This document shows positions 51,630 to 61,200 of a stretch of DNA of 64,000 bases, in pieces; the stretch's first letter is position 1; each line of letters begins with the position of its first letter. Made by a program: the position numbers and the translations under genes. The notes beneath the pieces are model-generated. The model was not told the DNA's origin. It worked only from the letters and a program-made list of their open reading frames with translations, and did not search any database. Origin of the DNA: Nostoc sp. DedSLP01 (lineage in GTDB: Bacteria > Cyanobacteriota > Cyanobacteriia > Cyanobacteriales > Nostocaceae); contig JAVRCJ020000017.1 of the NCBI GenBank assembly GCA_034530875.2, positions 64,001-128,000 on the forward strand. The letters run 5' to 3'.

Positions 51630-51698
51630 AAAAAATCCTCTTGCAAATGCGATCGCTTTCAATCTCACTAAGTTTTACAACTGCAATTTGCTTCCAAT

Positions 51699-51728
51699 AA
51701 AAAAGCCGCCTTGTAGGGCGGCTTTTTT
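51699..51728 (-). terminator. Intrinsic (probably bidirectional) terminator after tRNA-Val
   Basis: aaaaaagccgcc-ttgtag-ggcggctttttt. Confidence 0.85.
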
Positions 51729-51733
51729 ATCTA

Positions 51734-51806
<73 letters not shown>

Positions 51807-51983
51807 TTTTGTCTCACGATTATATAATATAGCAAAAGATTTTCTATCGCGCTAGTGTTTTGCAAAAATATTTTTTTAACGTAGATGCCAATTCGCCACT
51901 CCCTACTCCCCTTTTTAATCTAGAGATGCTTACCCAACATTATTAGCTTATAATCTCTCAGTATTCAGCACTCAGTACTCAGG

Positions 51984-52589
51984 ATGCCCTCTGGTCGGAC
52001 GCACGATCGCATTACTTTATATGCTCTGCCGTTCGTGGCGGGTATAACTTTGTGGCAGACTCGCAGTAGCAATGCGACTTTGTTGGTTGCAGGCGGATTT
52101 CTCTTTGGCGGCCTGATGTTTGGCCCGGATTTAGATATTTATTCTGTCCAATTCCAACGCTGGGGTTTCTTGCGTTGGATTTGGTTACCTTATCAAAAAA
52201 GCCTCCGCCATCGTTCTTTTTTATCCCACGGGCCGATTATTGGTACGACGCTGCGGGTAATTTATCTCGGATGCTTATTAGCTATTTTGGCAATTTTCGC
52301 CTTGGCAATTGCCCAAAAGTTCTGGAGTGTTAGTTTCACGTGGCAGGATTTGGGCAAAAATGTGGGGCGATCGCTTGTTGATTACAATACTGAATATATT
52401 GCTCTTTTTTTGGGTTTAGAACTCGGCGCTATGAGTCATTCTCTTAGCGATTGGAGTGGTTCGGCATATAAGCGGTTTCAAAAACAGGGGATTCGTGGTT
52501 TGGTTCCTAGTGGTAAAATCAAGAAGCGTCAAGTGACAAGTCGTGGTAAACGTCGCCCTAAACCCAGAAATAGTAAAACTAGGTCTTAA
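51984..52589 (+). CDS. DUF2227 family putative metal-binding membrane protein
   Basis: MPSGRTHD, GPDLD, HRSFLSHG and SHSLSD motifs. Confidence 0.85.
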   Translation: MPSGRTHDRITLYALPFVAGITLWQTRSSNATLLVAGGFLFGGLMFGPDLDIYSVQFQRWGFLRWIWLPYQKSLRHRSFLSHGPIIGTTLRVIYLGCLLAILAIFALAIAQKFWSVSFTWQDLGKNVGRSLVDYNTEYIALFLGLELGAMSHSLSDWSGSAYKRFQKQGIRGLVPSGKIKKRQVTSRGKRRPKPRNSKTRS

Positions 52590-54301
52590 TTAGGTTTAGC
52601 CCAAATTGGAATCTGAATTACAAACTCAGTTCCCTGTGTGAGAGTAGAAAAGTACTCTATTTTGCCACCATGTTTTTCTGTGATAATTTGGTAACTGGTG
52701 TAAAGTCCCATACCCGTACCTTTGCCTATGGGCTTGGTTGTGAAAAACGGGTCAAACAGAGATTTATGTGCAGCTTCTGGTATTCCAAGTCCATTGTCGG
52801 CGATGCCTTCGGCGGGCTTCGCCAACGCAATTTGCACCCACTCGCAAGCAATTACCGAGGTGCGAATGGTGATGCGACCGGGGTTGTGTTGTACCTGACA
52901 ATCGTTGGTGTGGTTATATGCTTCTTCAACAGCGTCAATTGCATTTGCTAAAACATTGAGCAAAGCTTGGTTAAGTTGTCCGGGATAGCATTGTACTAGA
53001 GGTAAATCACCGTAGTCTCGAATTACTTCAATCCTCGGCATTTGTAGTTTAGGCTGGAGTCGATGTTGCAAAATTAACAGAGTACTGTCAATACCTTCGT
53101 GGATATTAACGGCTTTAAATTCAGCTTCATCTATGCGCGAGAAATTGCGAAGTGACAGCACAATTTGGCGAATACGTTGAGTTCCCATTGTTAGGGAATT
53201 CAGGATTTTGCTTAAGTCTTGCTGCAAAAACCCTAAATCAATTTTCTCTACTTCTTGTCTAATTTCGTTCGCAGGATTTGGGTAGTGATGCTGGTAGAGT
53301 TGCACTAAATTGCTCAGAGATTGAGCATATTCTTGTACGTGAAACAGATTGGCGTGAATAAAGTTAACAGGGTTGTTGATTTCGTGAGCGATTCCTGCTA
53401 CTAATTGACCCAAACTCGACATTTTTTCCGATTGAATCAATTGGGCTTGGGTTTTTTGTAGAGATTTGAGAGTTTGTTGAAGTTCTGCTTCTGCTTGGTG
53501 GCGTTCGTTAATTTCACTTTGCAATTGTTTGTTGATACTAAGTAAACTATCCCTGGACTGTTGCAAATCGTCTGCCATTTTGTTGAAGCAAGCCGCTAAC
53601 TCGCCAATTTCGTCTTGCGAGTGAATGTCAACTCTGGTATCAAACTGGTCTTTGGCTAAATTCAGCAGGGCTTGCTGAAGTTTCTCGATCGGTTTGCAGA
53701 TACTTAGAGATATAAAATAGCCTCCTGCTAATGCAAGTACACCGCACAGCAAGCTCATCCCTAATGTAGCAAAAATGCTTTTTCGAGCTGTTGCCATTGC
53801 AGCTTCGTAAAGTGGAGTATATTCCAGAATTACTGCACCAATTGTTCGATTGTTGCTAGCTTTGAAAGGAACAGCAATCAGTTGAATTCCATTTGGATAT
53901 TCAGAACTAGTTTCAATATATGTTCTTGGGATACCATCCTGGATAGTCTTGCCGACTTCATTATTGGGGTCATGATTTAATCGAGTACCAATGTCTTCGG
54001 GAACGACATCTGCCAGAATTATCTTATTGCGATCGACAATCTCCAAATCGCGCTGACGTTGCTTGTGTAGGGCTTCCACATGGCGTTGCAAATGAGTTGC
54101 CATTTCTTTTGGGGATTTAAATTTATGGATTTCCAACTCATGATTGGTAAAATATCCAACTAATCCAGCGACTTCTTGAGCTTCTTGTCGAGCAAGATAT
54201 TTGGCTGTCTGTGATTGTTGATGAGATGCAATCGCACCAATACCTCCTGTAAGACTAGCAATTCCCAGAAACCCCAAAATTAATTTTTGACTAATTTTCA
54301 T
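52586..54301 (-). CDS. HAMP-domain membrane sensor histidine kinase
   Basis: Two TM helices, HAMP (DEIGELA), EKMSSLGQLVAGIAHEINNP, NAIDA, DNGLGI and DPFFTTKPIGKGTGMGL motifs. Confidence 0.92.
   Translation of the reverse strand: MKISQKLILGFLGIASLTGGIGAIASHQQSQTAKYLARQEAQEVAGLVGYFTNHELEIHKFKSPKEMATHLQRHVEALHKQRQRDLEIVDRNKIILADVVPEDIGTRLNHDPNNEVGKTIQDGIPRTYIETSSEYPNGIQLIAVPFKASNNRTIGAVILEYTPLYEAAMATARKSIFATLGMSLLCGVLALAGGYFISLSICKPIEKLQQALLNLAKDQFDTRVDIHSQDEIGELAACFNKMADDLQQSRDSLLSINKQLQSEINERHQAEAELQQTLKSLQKTQAQLIQSEKMSSLGQLVAGIAHEINNPVNFIHANLFHVQEYAQSLSNLVQLYQHHYPNPANEIRQEVEKIDLGFLQQDLSKILNSLTMGTQRIRQIVLSLRNFSRIDEAEFKAVNIHEGIDSTLLILQHRLQPKLQMPRIEVIRDYGDLPLVQCYPGQLNQALLNVLANAIDAVEEAYNHTNDCQVQHNPGRITIRTSVIACEWVQIALAKPAEGIADNGLGIPEAAHKSLFDPFFTTKPIGKGTGMGLYTSYQIITEKHGGKIEYFSTLTQGTEFVIQIPIWAKPN
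52805..52825. mobile_element. 21-nt small dispersed repeat (SDR5-like) inserted in a HIP1 site
   Basis: GCGAT[gccttcggcgggcttcgccaa]CGC; removing the insert restores GCGATCGC and the canonical IAIADNG. Confidence 0.8.
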
Positions 54302-54580
54302 CCCTTCTTCCAAAAATCGCGTGCTGGTTAGTATATTTTTTTGTGAGTAATTACTTACTCTTAAAATTCCCAGTCATTAGTCTCTCAGCTACAAAGTAAT
54401 TAGTTTTTTTAGTAAAGACGATCGCTGTTACATAATAAAAAGATGAATTTCGCTGGTGTAGTTTCAGCCTACGAAGATGAGAAACCTCTAGACTGTAGTA
54501 AATAAATGTAATTGCAATCAAGGAGACTTGAATTGCATATTTAATTATTTATGTCAATAAGATTTTTGAGAATTTAACTT

Positions 54581-55414
54581 ATGAAATTAGATCGAAATCA
54601 TAGCGATACTTTGGTAGCGTTGCAGGAATTAATAGAAGTAGTAGCGAAATTGCGATCGCCTGATGGTGGTTGTCCGTGGGATTTGGCACAAACGCCGGAA
54701 ACGCTGATACCATTCGTCATCGAAGAGGCTTATGAAGTGGTGGACGCGATTAAGAATGGAGATAAGGAAGCGATCGCTGAAGAGTTGGGCGATTTATTAT
54801 TACAAGTAGTATTGCAAGCTCAAATTGCTAGCGAGTCCGGGCAATTTTCCCTTAAAGAAATTACTCAAGGCATTTCCCAGAAGTTAATTCGCCGCCATCC
54901 CCACGTGTTTGGTGATATATCTGTACAAAGTGTAGATGAAGTGCGGCAAAACTGGGAACAAATCAAAGCTGCCGAAAAAGGCGAATCCTCTCCAGAAAAT
55001 CAAAAACTCAGTGCGAAACTCAGTCGTTATGGACGTACCCTTCCCCCGTTAACTGGGGCAATGAAGATTTCCCAAAAAGCTGCGGCTGTAGGGTTTGAAT
55101 GGGAAAACATCGAAGGAGTTTGGGACAAATTTCATGAAGAGTTGGCAGAATTTCAACAAGCTTTAGCCCAGGAAACCCCAGCACGGCAACAAGCAGAATT
55201 AGGAGATTTGCTATTTGCTGTGATTCAGCTGGCGCGTTGGCATAACCTTGACCCCAGTGCCGCTTTGCAAGGCACAAACCAGCGATTTGTCCAGCGGTTA
55301 CAAAAAATGGAGGCAGTTGTTGACCGTCCTTTAAGCGATTACAGTTTGGATGAGTTAGAAAAATTGTGGCAACAGGCAAAAGTCCGACTTGCCGAAGAGG
55401 GGAGTGGGGAATGA
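54581..55414 (+). CDS. mazG: Nucleoside triphosphate pyrophosphohydrolase MazG
   Basis: LRSPDGGCPWD, EEAYEV, EELGDLL, KLIRRHPHVF motifs and a second ELGDLLF domain. Confidence 0.94.
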   Translation: MKLDRNHSDTLVALQELIEVVAKLRSPDGGCPWDLAQTPETLIPFVIEEAYEVVDAIKNGDKEAIAEELGDLLLQVVLQAQIASESGQFSLKEITQGISQKLIRRHPHVFGDISVQSVDEVRQNWEQIKAAEKGESSPENQKLSAKLSRYGRTLPPLTGAMKISQKAAAVGFEWENIEGVWDKFHEELAEFQQALAQETPARQQAELGDLLFAVIQLARWHNLDPSAALQGTNQRFVQRLQKMEAVVDRPLSDYSLDELEKLWQQAKVRLAEEGSGE

Positions 55415-55508
55415 GGGGTAGGGGGCAAGGGGGAAAGTAAAGATCCCTCCTTTTCCCTTTTACCTTTTCCCTTTTCCCTACCCGAAGGGTTTTCCCCCAT
55501 ACCCTGCC

Positions 55509-56771
55509 TCAAGATTCTTTAACACCGAACCACTTATCATATAAAGATTGATAAGTGCCATTTTCTTTAAGATTCAGCAAGGCTTGATTAATTGGTTTGC
55601 GGTAAGGGCTGTTATTGGGTAGAACGATAGCGTAACTTTCTTCACGCAAGATGCTACCGACAATCTGTACTTTGTTTTTGCCTTCATTAGCGGCATAAAA
55701 AAGCAGTACAGGTGCATCAAAGACAACGGCATCAGCTTTTTTTCTGATTAAAGCATTGTAAGCTTCCTCTATTTTAGGAACTTCTAAAACTGAAATATGA
55801 TGTTCTCGCAGGAATGCGGCGGCTGTACTACCCGCAGTTGTCGCCACTACTTTACCAGGTAAATCGTCGATACCGTTAATGTCACCTTGGAGTTGCTGCA
55901 CTGTTAATGAGGTGGTAGCGGTGGCTGTAAAGTAGGCAGCGAAAAGCACTCCGATGAACATCCAGACAATACCTACTAAGCGTCCTAGCACTCCTTTGGG
56001 CATTTCATCTGCTTGGGTTGCTAATGTGGCAGCTGCCCACCAACAAGCTTTAAAAATGCCGGGAAAGTATGATTTAGGAACTAACCCTTCTTTATGATGG
56101 CGCTCAGATAACCAAATAATGTGGGCTGCTATGGCAATTAGTACTAAGGCAATGCCGATTACTTGCAAGAGACTAGCAGAAAAAAAGATTTGCAAAATAT
56201 TTGAAAAACCACTGTTGCTGCTCTCTTGGTTTCTTACCAGAATTTGCAGCCCTCCAGCCAAAATCGGTAACGAAAAGTCAAAATTCTGCTGGCGTTCGGC
56301 TGTAATTGAGATAGCCGCAATTCCTAAGTCGGCTTTGTTTTGCTTAATGCCACCAAGCAGTTCCGATACAGTGGGATATTGAATAAATTTCGACTCTACA
56401 CCGATTTCCTTAGCAATGCTGCGCCAGAGGTCGATACTGAATCCCGATAACTGGTCTTTTTCTTGTGTGACAAAGGGTGGTATGACTCGTGTAGCTACTA
56501 ATAAGGGTTGTTGAGTTTGTTGAGTTTGTTGAGTTTGTGGTGTTTGGGTGAATCCTGGGGATGCTATTAAAAACAATGACACAATTGCACCTACTAATCC
56601 AATGCAGGTATAAAGTGCTAAAGAACGTCTGGTTTGGTTTTTACGGTTATGTCCGTGAAAATGGGCAGTCTGGCTTTTCCTCCCAGCCATCGCTTGGCGA
56701 AATTTAGTGGCGATCGCATTTATCATCAGGTTTTCTTTGGGTTGTGTGCTATGTCTATTTATCATGCCCAC
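55509..56771 (-). CDS. GluR0-like ligand-gated ion channel (split periplasmic binding domain plus 2TM/pore)
   Basis: S1 (PPF..GFSIDLW..ISITAER..DFS), TM1, pore helix CWWAAATLAT, TM2 and S2 (GST, FDAPVL, KWFG). Start codon uncertain. Confidence 0.85.
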   Translation of the reverse strand: MGMINRHSTQPKENLMINAIATKFRQAMAGRKSQTAHFHGHNRKNQTRRSLALYTCIGLVGAIVSLFLIASPGFTQTPQTQQTQQTQQPLLVATRVIPPFVTQEKDQLSGFSIDLWRSIAKEIGVESKFIQYPTVSELLGGIKQNKADLGIAAISITAERQQNFDFSLPILAGGLQILVRNQESSNSGFSNILQIFFSASLLQVIGIALVLIAIAAHIIWLSERHHKEGLVPKSYFPGIFKACWWAAATLATQADEMPKGVLGRLVGIVWMFIGVLFAAYFTATATTSLTVQQLQGDINGIDDLPGKVVATTAGSTAAAFLREHHISVLEVPKIEEAYNALIRKKADAVVFDAPVLLFYAANEGKNKVQIVGSILREESYAIVLPNNSPYRKPINQALLNLKENGTYQSLYDKWFGVKES

Positions 56772-56786
56772 CCCATAACAAAAATC

Positions 56787-56839
56787 GCCTTATTCACCTC
56801 CGAAATCTTGATGTTTCAGATTTCAAGGGTGAATAAGGC
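56787..56839. repeat. Long inverted repeat
   Basis: gccttattcacc..gaaatct / agatttc..ggtgaataaggc. Confidence 0.7.
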
Positions 56840-57085
56840 TTTTTGAGAATATGCGATCGCTGTATCCATGCCAGCATCAGCAAAGACAATATTGAGACTC
56901 TTACCACCCAATTTCATACTGTCTACCCATTCATTGTTAATCAGCAGTTTGGTCAGGCTAATTTTGATACCAATTCACTAAATTACTGATACAAATCGCT
57001 TCCTCTGCCCCTCTATTTGCCTATACGTATCATTTTTAAAGTGAAATGGTATGACCTGTTGTCCTGTTACTGTTGCTGGAACCAT
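56830..57085 (-). pseudogene. Aldehyde dehydrogenase relic (internally deleted, interrupted by a MITE)
   Basis: Translates to MVPATVTGQQV[insert]KISLTKLLINNEWVDS, fused directly to MKLGGKSLNIVFADAGMDTAIAYSQKALF. Confidence 0.75.
56967..57052. mobile_element. 86-bp MITE-like element
   Basis: TIRs ataccaattcact / agtgaaatggtat (12/13); interrupts the ALDH relic. Confidence 0.7.
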
Positions 57086-57386
57086 CAGGTTTCCTTAAGC
57101 TTTTAGGAAAATTTGCTTAAATCTACTTCTTATGTTTGTTGCTATACAGTTAAGTTTCTGTATTTCTTTATAAAATCTTCACTTTTGCTTTACAATAACA
57201 TTGATATTCAAGTGTTATCTTTCTATCTTAAAACTCAAATTTTAGATAGTAAATAATAGAAAAAATCTTCCCAAAAGATTTTTCTATCGATCTGCTGTGT
57301 TCTATCGGTGGCTAGTTTCAGTTGTTTATTCTTTTTCAGCAATGACGAACTTACTTTAGTGAGAATTTATCCGGGGAATACGCTAG

Positions 57387-59642
57387 ATGTCTGACCCTAC
57401 CTTTTTGGATGCCAAATCCTTAAGCTTCTTGCCTAATGAATTTGCTGTTAACTCTCATATTGCCACCTCTCTTGGCTTGCCAGATCTAGCACCATTATCT
57501 GTTTTGACAAAGCCACAAGCCGAACTTTCTTTAAATTATGGCTTCGATGTTGATACCATTAGCCGAGAAATAACTGGCCTGAGTTCTCAAGATACATCTG
57601 GACAAATAGGCCAAGCAATAGAAGGAATAGATTGTTTAACTGGACTTCCAGAAGACTATGTTAGTGCTGCGAGTATTAGTAGTTTAAGCACAGATGCTTT
57701 TTCTTCTTCTATTACTTCAGAAAATTATGCTTCTGCTGCCAGCAATTTTACAAGTGGGCGATGGGCGACCGAACAAGGCGAATTTTTAAACGACCAAAAA
57801 TGGCTAGTTGGTGACTTTAATGGTGATGGGAAACATGATTTAGCAAAGGTATTTAATGATACTGAGCAAGCCAGTATTGATGTTTATTTCTCCAACGGTA
57901 GCAGCTTTACTATTGAGCGTTGGGCAACTCAACAAGGTGGATTTTGGAATAGCCAAAAATGGTTAGTTGGCGATTTCAATGGCGATGGACGAGATGATTT
58001 AGCAAAAGTCTTTAATGAGGACGGTCAAGCCAGTATTGATGTGCATCTCTCCAGCGGTAGCAGCTTTAATATGGAGCGATGGGCAACTCAACAAGGTGGA
58101 TTTTGGAATAGCCAAAAATGGCTAGCTGGTGACTTTAATGGCGATGGGAGAGATGATTTCGCAAAAGCCTTCGATGAGAACGGTCAAGCTAGCATTGATG
58201 TTCTTCTCTCCAACGGTAGCAGTTTTACCACTCAGCGGTGGGCAACTCAACAAGGTGGATTTTGGAATAGCCAAAAATGGCTAGCTGGTGACTTTAATGG
58301 CGATGGAGGAGATGATTTAGCTAAAGTCTTCGATGACGTCGGTCAAGCCAGTATTGACGTTTATCTCTCCAGCGGCAGCAGTTTTACAATTCAGCGCTGG
58401 GTAACTCAACAAGGTGGATTTTCGGACGACCAAAAATGGCTTGCAGGTGACTTTAATAATGATGGAGATGAGGATTTAGCCAATATCTTCAATGAGGATA
58501 ACCGAGCTAGTATTGATGTTCATCTGTCAAAGAGGAATAGCTTTATTATCGGGCGATGGACAACTGCACAAGGCGGATTTTCCATCGAGCAAAAATGGTT
58601 AGCGGGTGACTTTAATGCCGATGGTCAAAATGATTTGGCTAATGTCTTCAATGAGTCTAACCAAGCGAGTATTGATGTTTATGCTGCTGGCAGTCCGGAA
58701 AGTTATAGCTCTATCAATGGCTATGGTTTAGTCAATGCTGCTGCTGCTGTTGCTAAAGCTATCGGTCAACCTGCCTTTTCAGGTGTTCCTGATTTAGGCG
58801 GCCAAAACTGGGGTGCAGATTTAATCAAAGCTCCAGAAGTCTGGGTAAAAGGCTATACGGGTCAAGGACTAGTTGTTGCTGTATTAGATACTGGTGTTGA
58901 CCGTAACCACCCAGATTTAAGCGCCAATATCTGGACAAATAGCCGAGAAATAGCTGGCAACGGTGTTGATGATGATAACAATGGATACATTGATGATTAC
59001 TATGGCTGGAACTTTATTGAAGGCAATAACAATACTTTAGATGTCTACGGCCACGGTAGTCATGTAGCTGGTACGATCGCAGCAGTTAATAATGATTTTG
59101 GCATTACAGGTATTGCTTATAATGCCAAAATCATGCCTGTGAAGGTTCTGAATGACAGTAATAAAGGCAATTTTGCTGCTATTGCCCAAGGAGTTTATTA
59201 CGCCGTCAATAACGGGGCCAAAATCATTAACATGAGTTTAGCTGGCAGCACTCCTGACAGCGGCATAGAAGCAGCCATTCAATATGCCGCCAGTAAAGGT
59301 GCGATTGTCGTCATAGCAGCAGGAAATTCAGGAGGTTCAACTCCCCAATATCCTGCTTATTATGCTACTAACTGGGGTTTAGCTGTTGGAGCCGTTGATA
59401 GTAACAAAAACATTGCTAATTTCTCTAACCGAGCCGGCAGTGATTCCAGAATGGCTTATGTAACTGGCCCAGGAGTTAACATTTACTCTACCCTGCCGAA
59501 TGGAAGGTATGGCTATTATAATGGCTCTTCTATGGCTGCTCCCTATGTATCAGGACTAGCAGCCTTAATGCTCAGTGCTAATCCAAATTTAAGCGCTGAC
59601 GAAGTGCGGCAAATTATCACTCAAACTGCGGTAAATGTTTAG
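57387..59642 (+). CDS. S8 (subtilisin-like) serine peptidase with six FG-GAP/VCBS-like repeats
   Basis: Catalytic triad motifs LDTG, HGSHVAG and GSSMAAP; six 53-aa repeats RWATQQGGF...KWLAGDFNGDGxDD. Confidence 0.92.
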   Translation: MSDPTFLDAKSLSFLPNEFAVNSHIATSLGLPDLAPLSVLTKPQAELSLNYGFDVDTISREITGLSSQDTSGQIGQAIEGIDCLTGLPEDYVSAASISSLSTDAFSSSITSENYASAASNFTSGRWATEQGEFLNDQKWLVGDFNGDGKHDLAKVFNDTEQASIDVYFSNGSSFTIERWATQQGGFWNSQKWLVGDFNGDGRDDLAKVFNEDGQASIDVHLSSGSSFNMERWATQQGGFWNSQKWLAGDFNGDGRDDFAKAFDENGQASIDVLLSNGSSFTTQRWATQQGGFWNSQKWLAGDFNGDGGDDLAKVFDDVGQASIDVYLSSGSSFTIQRWVTQQGGFSDDQKWLAGDFNNDGDEDLANIFNEDNRASIDVHLSKRNSFIIGRWTTAQGGFSIEQKWLAGDFNADGQNDLANVFNESNQASIDVYAAGSPESYSSINGYGLVNAAAAVAKAIGQPAFSGVPDLGGQNWGADLIKAPEVWVKGYTGQGLVVAVLDTGVDRNHPDLSANIWTNSREIAGNGVDDDNNGYIDDYYGWNFIEGNNNTLDVYGHGSHVAGTIAAVNNDFGITGIAYNAKIMPVKVLNDSNKGNFAAIAQGVYYAVNNGAKIINMSLAGSTPDSGIEAAIQYAASKGAIVVIAAGNSGGSTPQYPAYYATNWGLAVGAVDSNKNIANFSNRAGSDSRMAYVTGPGVNIYSTLPNGRYGYYNGSSMAAPYVSGLAALMLSANPNLSADEVRQIITQTAVNV

Positions 59643-59804
59643 GGCATAGGGCATTGGGCATAGGGTATGGAGATTGAGGTTCTTAACTCCATTAATCAGG
59701 CTTTGAGATGGATGAACGAGTCTCTAATTTTCCTTGTTTGTCAATGTCCAATGCCCAATTCCCATTCTTGATAGGATGAGGAATAGGTAAAATTCTTTTG
59801 TAAT

Positions 59805-61112
59805 ATGACTACTTTTCAACTTGCTTCTCCCCTAATTACGATCGCAGCACAAACTCGCCAAGCTGCAAGTAAGCTGGCGATTCTCTCGACTGAGGCCAAA
59901 AATCAAGCGATTGAAGCGATCGCCCAAGCTTTAGAATCAGCTAAAGATGAAATTCTGGCAGCAAATATTGCTGATTGTGAAGCTGCAACCGCGGACGGAA
60001 TTGCTAAACCGCTTTATAAGCGCTTGCAATTGGACGAACATAAATTAAGAGATGCGATCGCTGGCGTGCGAGATGTTGGTAAGCTAGCAGATCCAGTAGG
60101 TAAAGTGCAAATTCACCGCGAACTCGACACTGGTTTAATTCTCAAACGTATTACTTGTCCTTTGGGTGTTTTAGGGATTATTTTTGAAGCGCGTCCCGAA
60201 GCAGCGATTCAAATTGTCTCTTTAGCAATTAAATCTGGAAACGGCGTCATCCTTAAAGGTGGTAGGGAAGCTGTACGTTCTTGTGAAGCAATAGTTAAGG
60301 CGATTAAAAAAGGATTATCTCAGACTGCTGTGAATCCTGATGCCGTGCACTTGCTTACAACTAGAGAGGAAACTCTAGCACTTTTGAAGTTAGATAAATA
60401 TGTAGATTTAATTATTCCTAGAGGTTCTAATTCTTTTGTCAGATTTGTGCAGGAAAATACACGCATTCCCGTACTCGGTCACGCCGATGGAATTTGTCAT
60501 TTATATATAGATAAAGCAGCTGATATTTCACTTGCTGTTCCAATTACAGTCGATGCCAAAGCCCAATATCCGGCTGTTTGTAATGCGATTGAAACATTGT
60601 TAGTCCACTCATCAATTGCTAAAGAATTTTTACCGAAAGTTGCTGATGCTTTAGCAGAACGCCATGTGGAATTAAGAGGCGATGAAAATACCTTAGAAAT
60701 TTTACCTGATATCAATACTGCAACAGAAATTGACTGGGAAACAGAATACAGCGATTATATTTTGTCGATTAAGATTGTAGACTCGATTGAAGATGCGATC
60801 GCTCATATCAACGAATATGGTTCCCGTCACACTGATGCAATTATTTCTGAAGATTCTGCGGCTGTAGAAACTTTCTTTGGATTGGTGAATTCAGCCAATA
60901 TCTTCCATAATTGTTCTACTCGTTTTGCTGATGGCTTCCGCTATGGCTTCGGCGCAGAAGTTGGAATTAGCACTCAACAAATGCCTCCCCGCGGCCCTGT
61001 TGGCTTAGAAGGATTAGTAACATACAAATATCAAATGACAGGTAACGGTCATATTGTCGCCACCTACACTGGTGCTAATGCAAAACCCTTTACTCATCGG
61101 GATTTAGTTTAA
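59805..61112 (+). CDS. proA: Gamma-glutamyl phosphate reductase (glutamate-5-semialdehyde dehydrogenase)
   Basis: [44 protein letters not shown] and RGPVGL motifs. Confidence 0.96.
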   Translation: MTTFQLASPLITIAAQTRQAASKLAILSTEAKNQAIEAIAQALESAKDEILAANIADCEAATADGIAKPLYKRLQLDEHKLRDAIAGVRDVGKLADPVGKVQIHRELDTGLILKRITCPLGVLGIIFEARPEAAIQIVSLAIKSGNGVILKGGREAVRSCEAIVKAIKKGLSQTAVNPDAVHLLTTREETLALLKLDKYVDLIIPRGSNSFVRFVQENTRIPVLGHADGICHLYIDKAADISLAVPITVDAKAQYPAVCNAIETLLVHSSIAKEFLPKVADALAERHVELRGDENTLEILPDINTATEIDWETEYSDYILSIKIVDSIEDAIAHINEYGSRHTDAIISEDSAAVETFFGLVNSANIFHNCSTRFADGFRYGFGAEVGISTQQMPPRGPVGLEGLVTYKYQMTGNGHIVATYTGANAKPFTHRDLV

Positions 61113-61168
61113 CGAAGGCAGGAGGCACGAGGCCGTTTTTGTTACGAATAAAATTTACTGTTTTGCTA

Positions 61169-61192
61169 CTGAATTCTGAATTCTGAATTCTG
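61169..61192. repeat. STRR-type heptamer (CTGAATT) x3
   Basis: ctgaattctgaattctgaattctg. Confidence 0.7.
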
Positions 61193-61200
61193 CTATAGCT

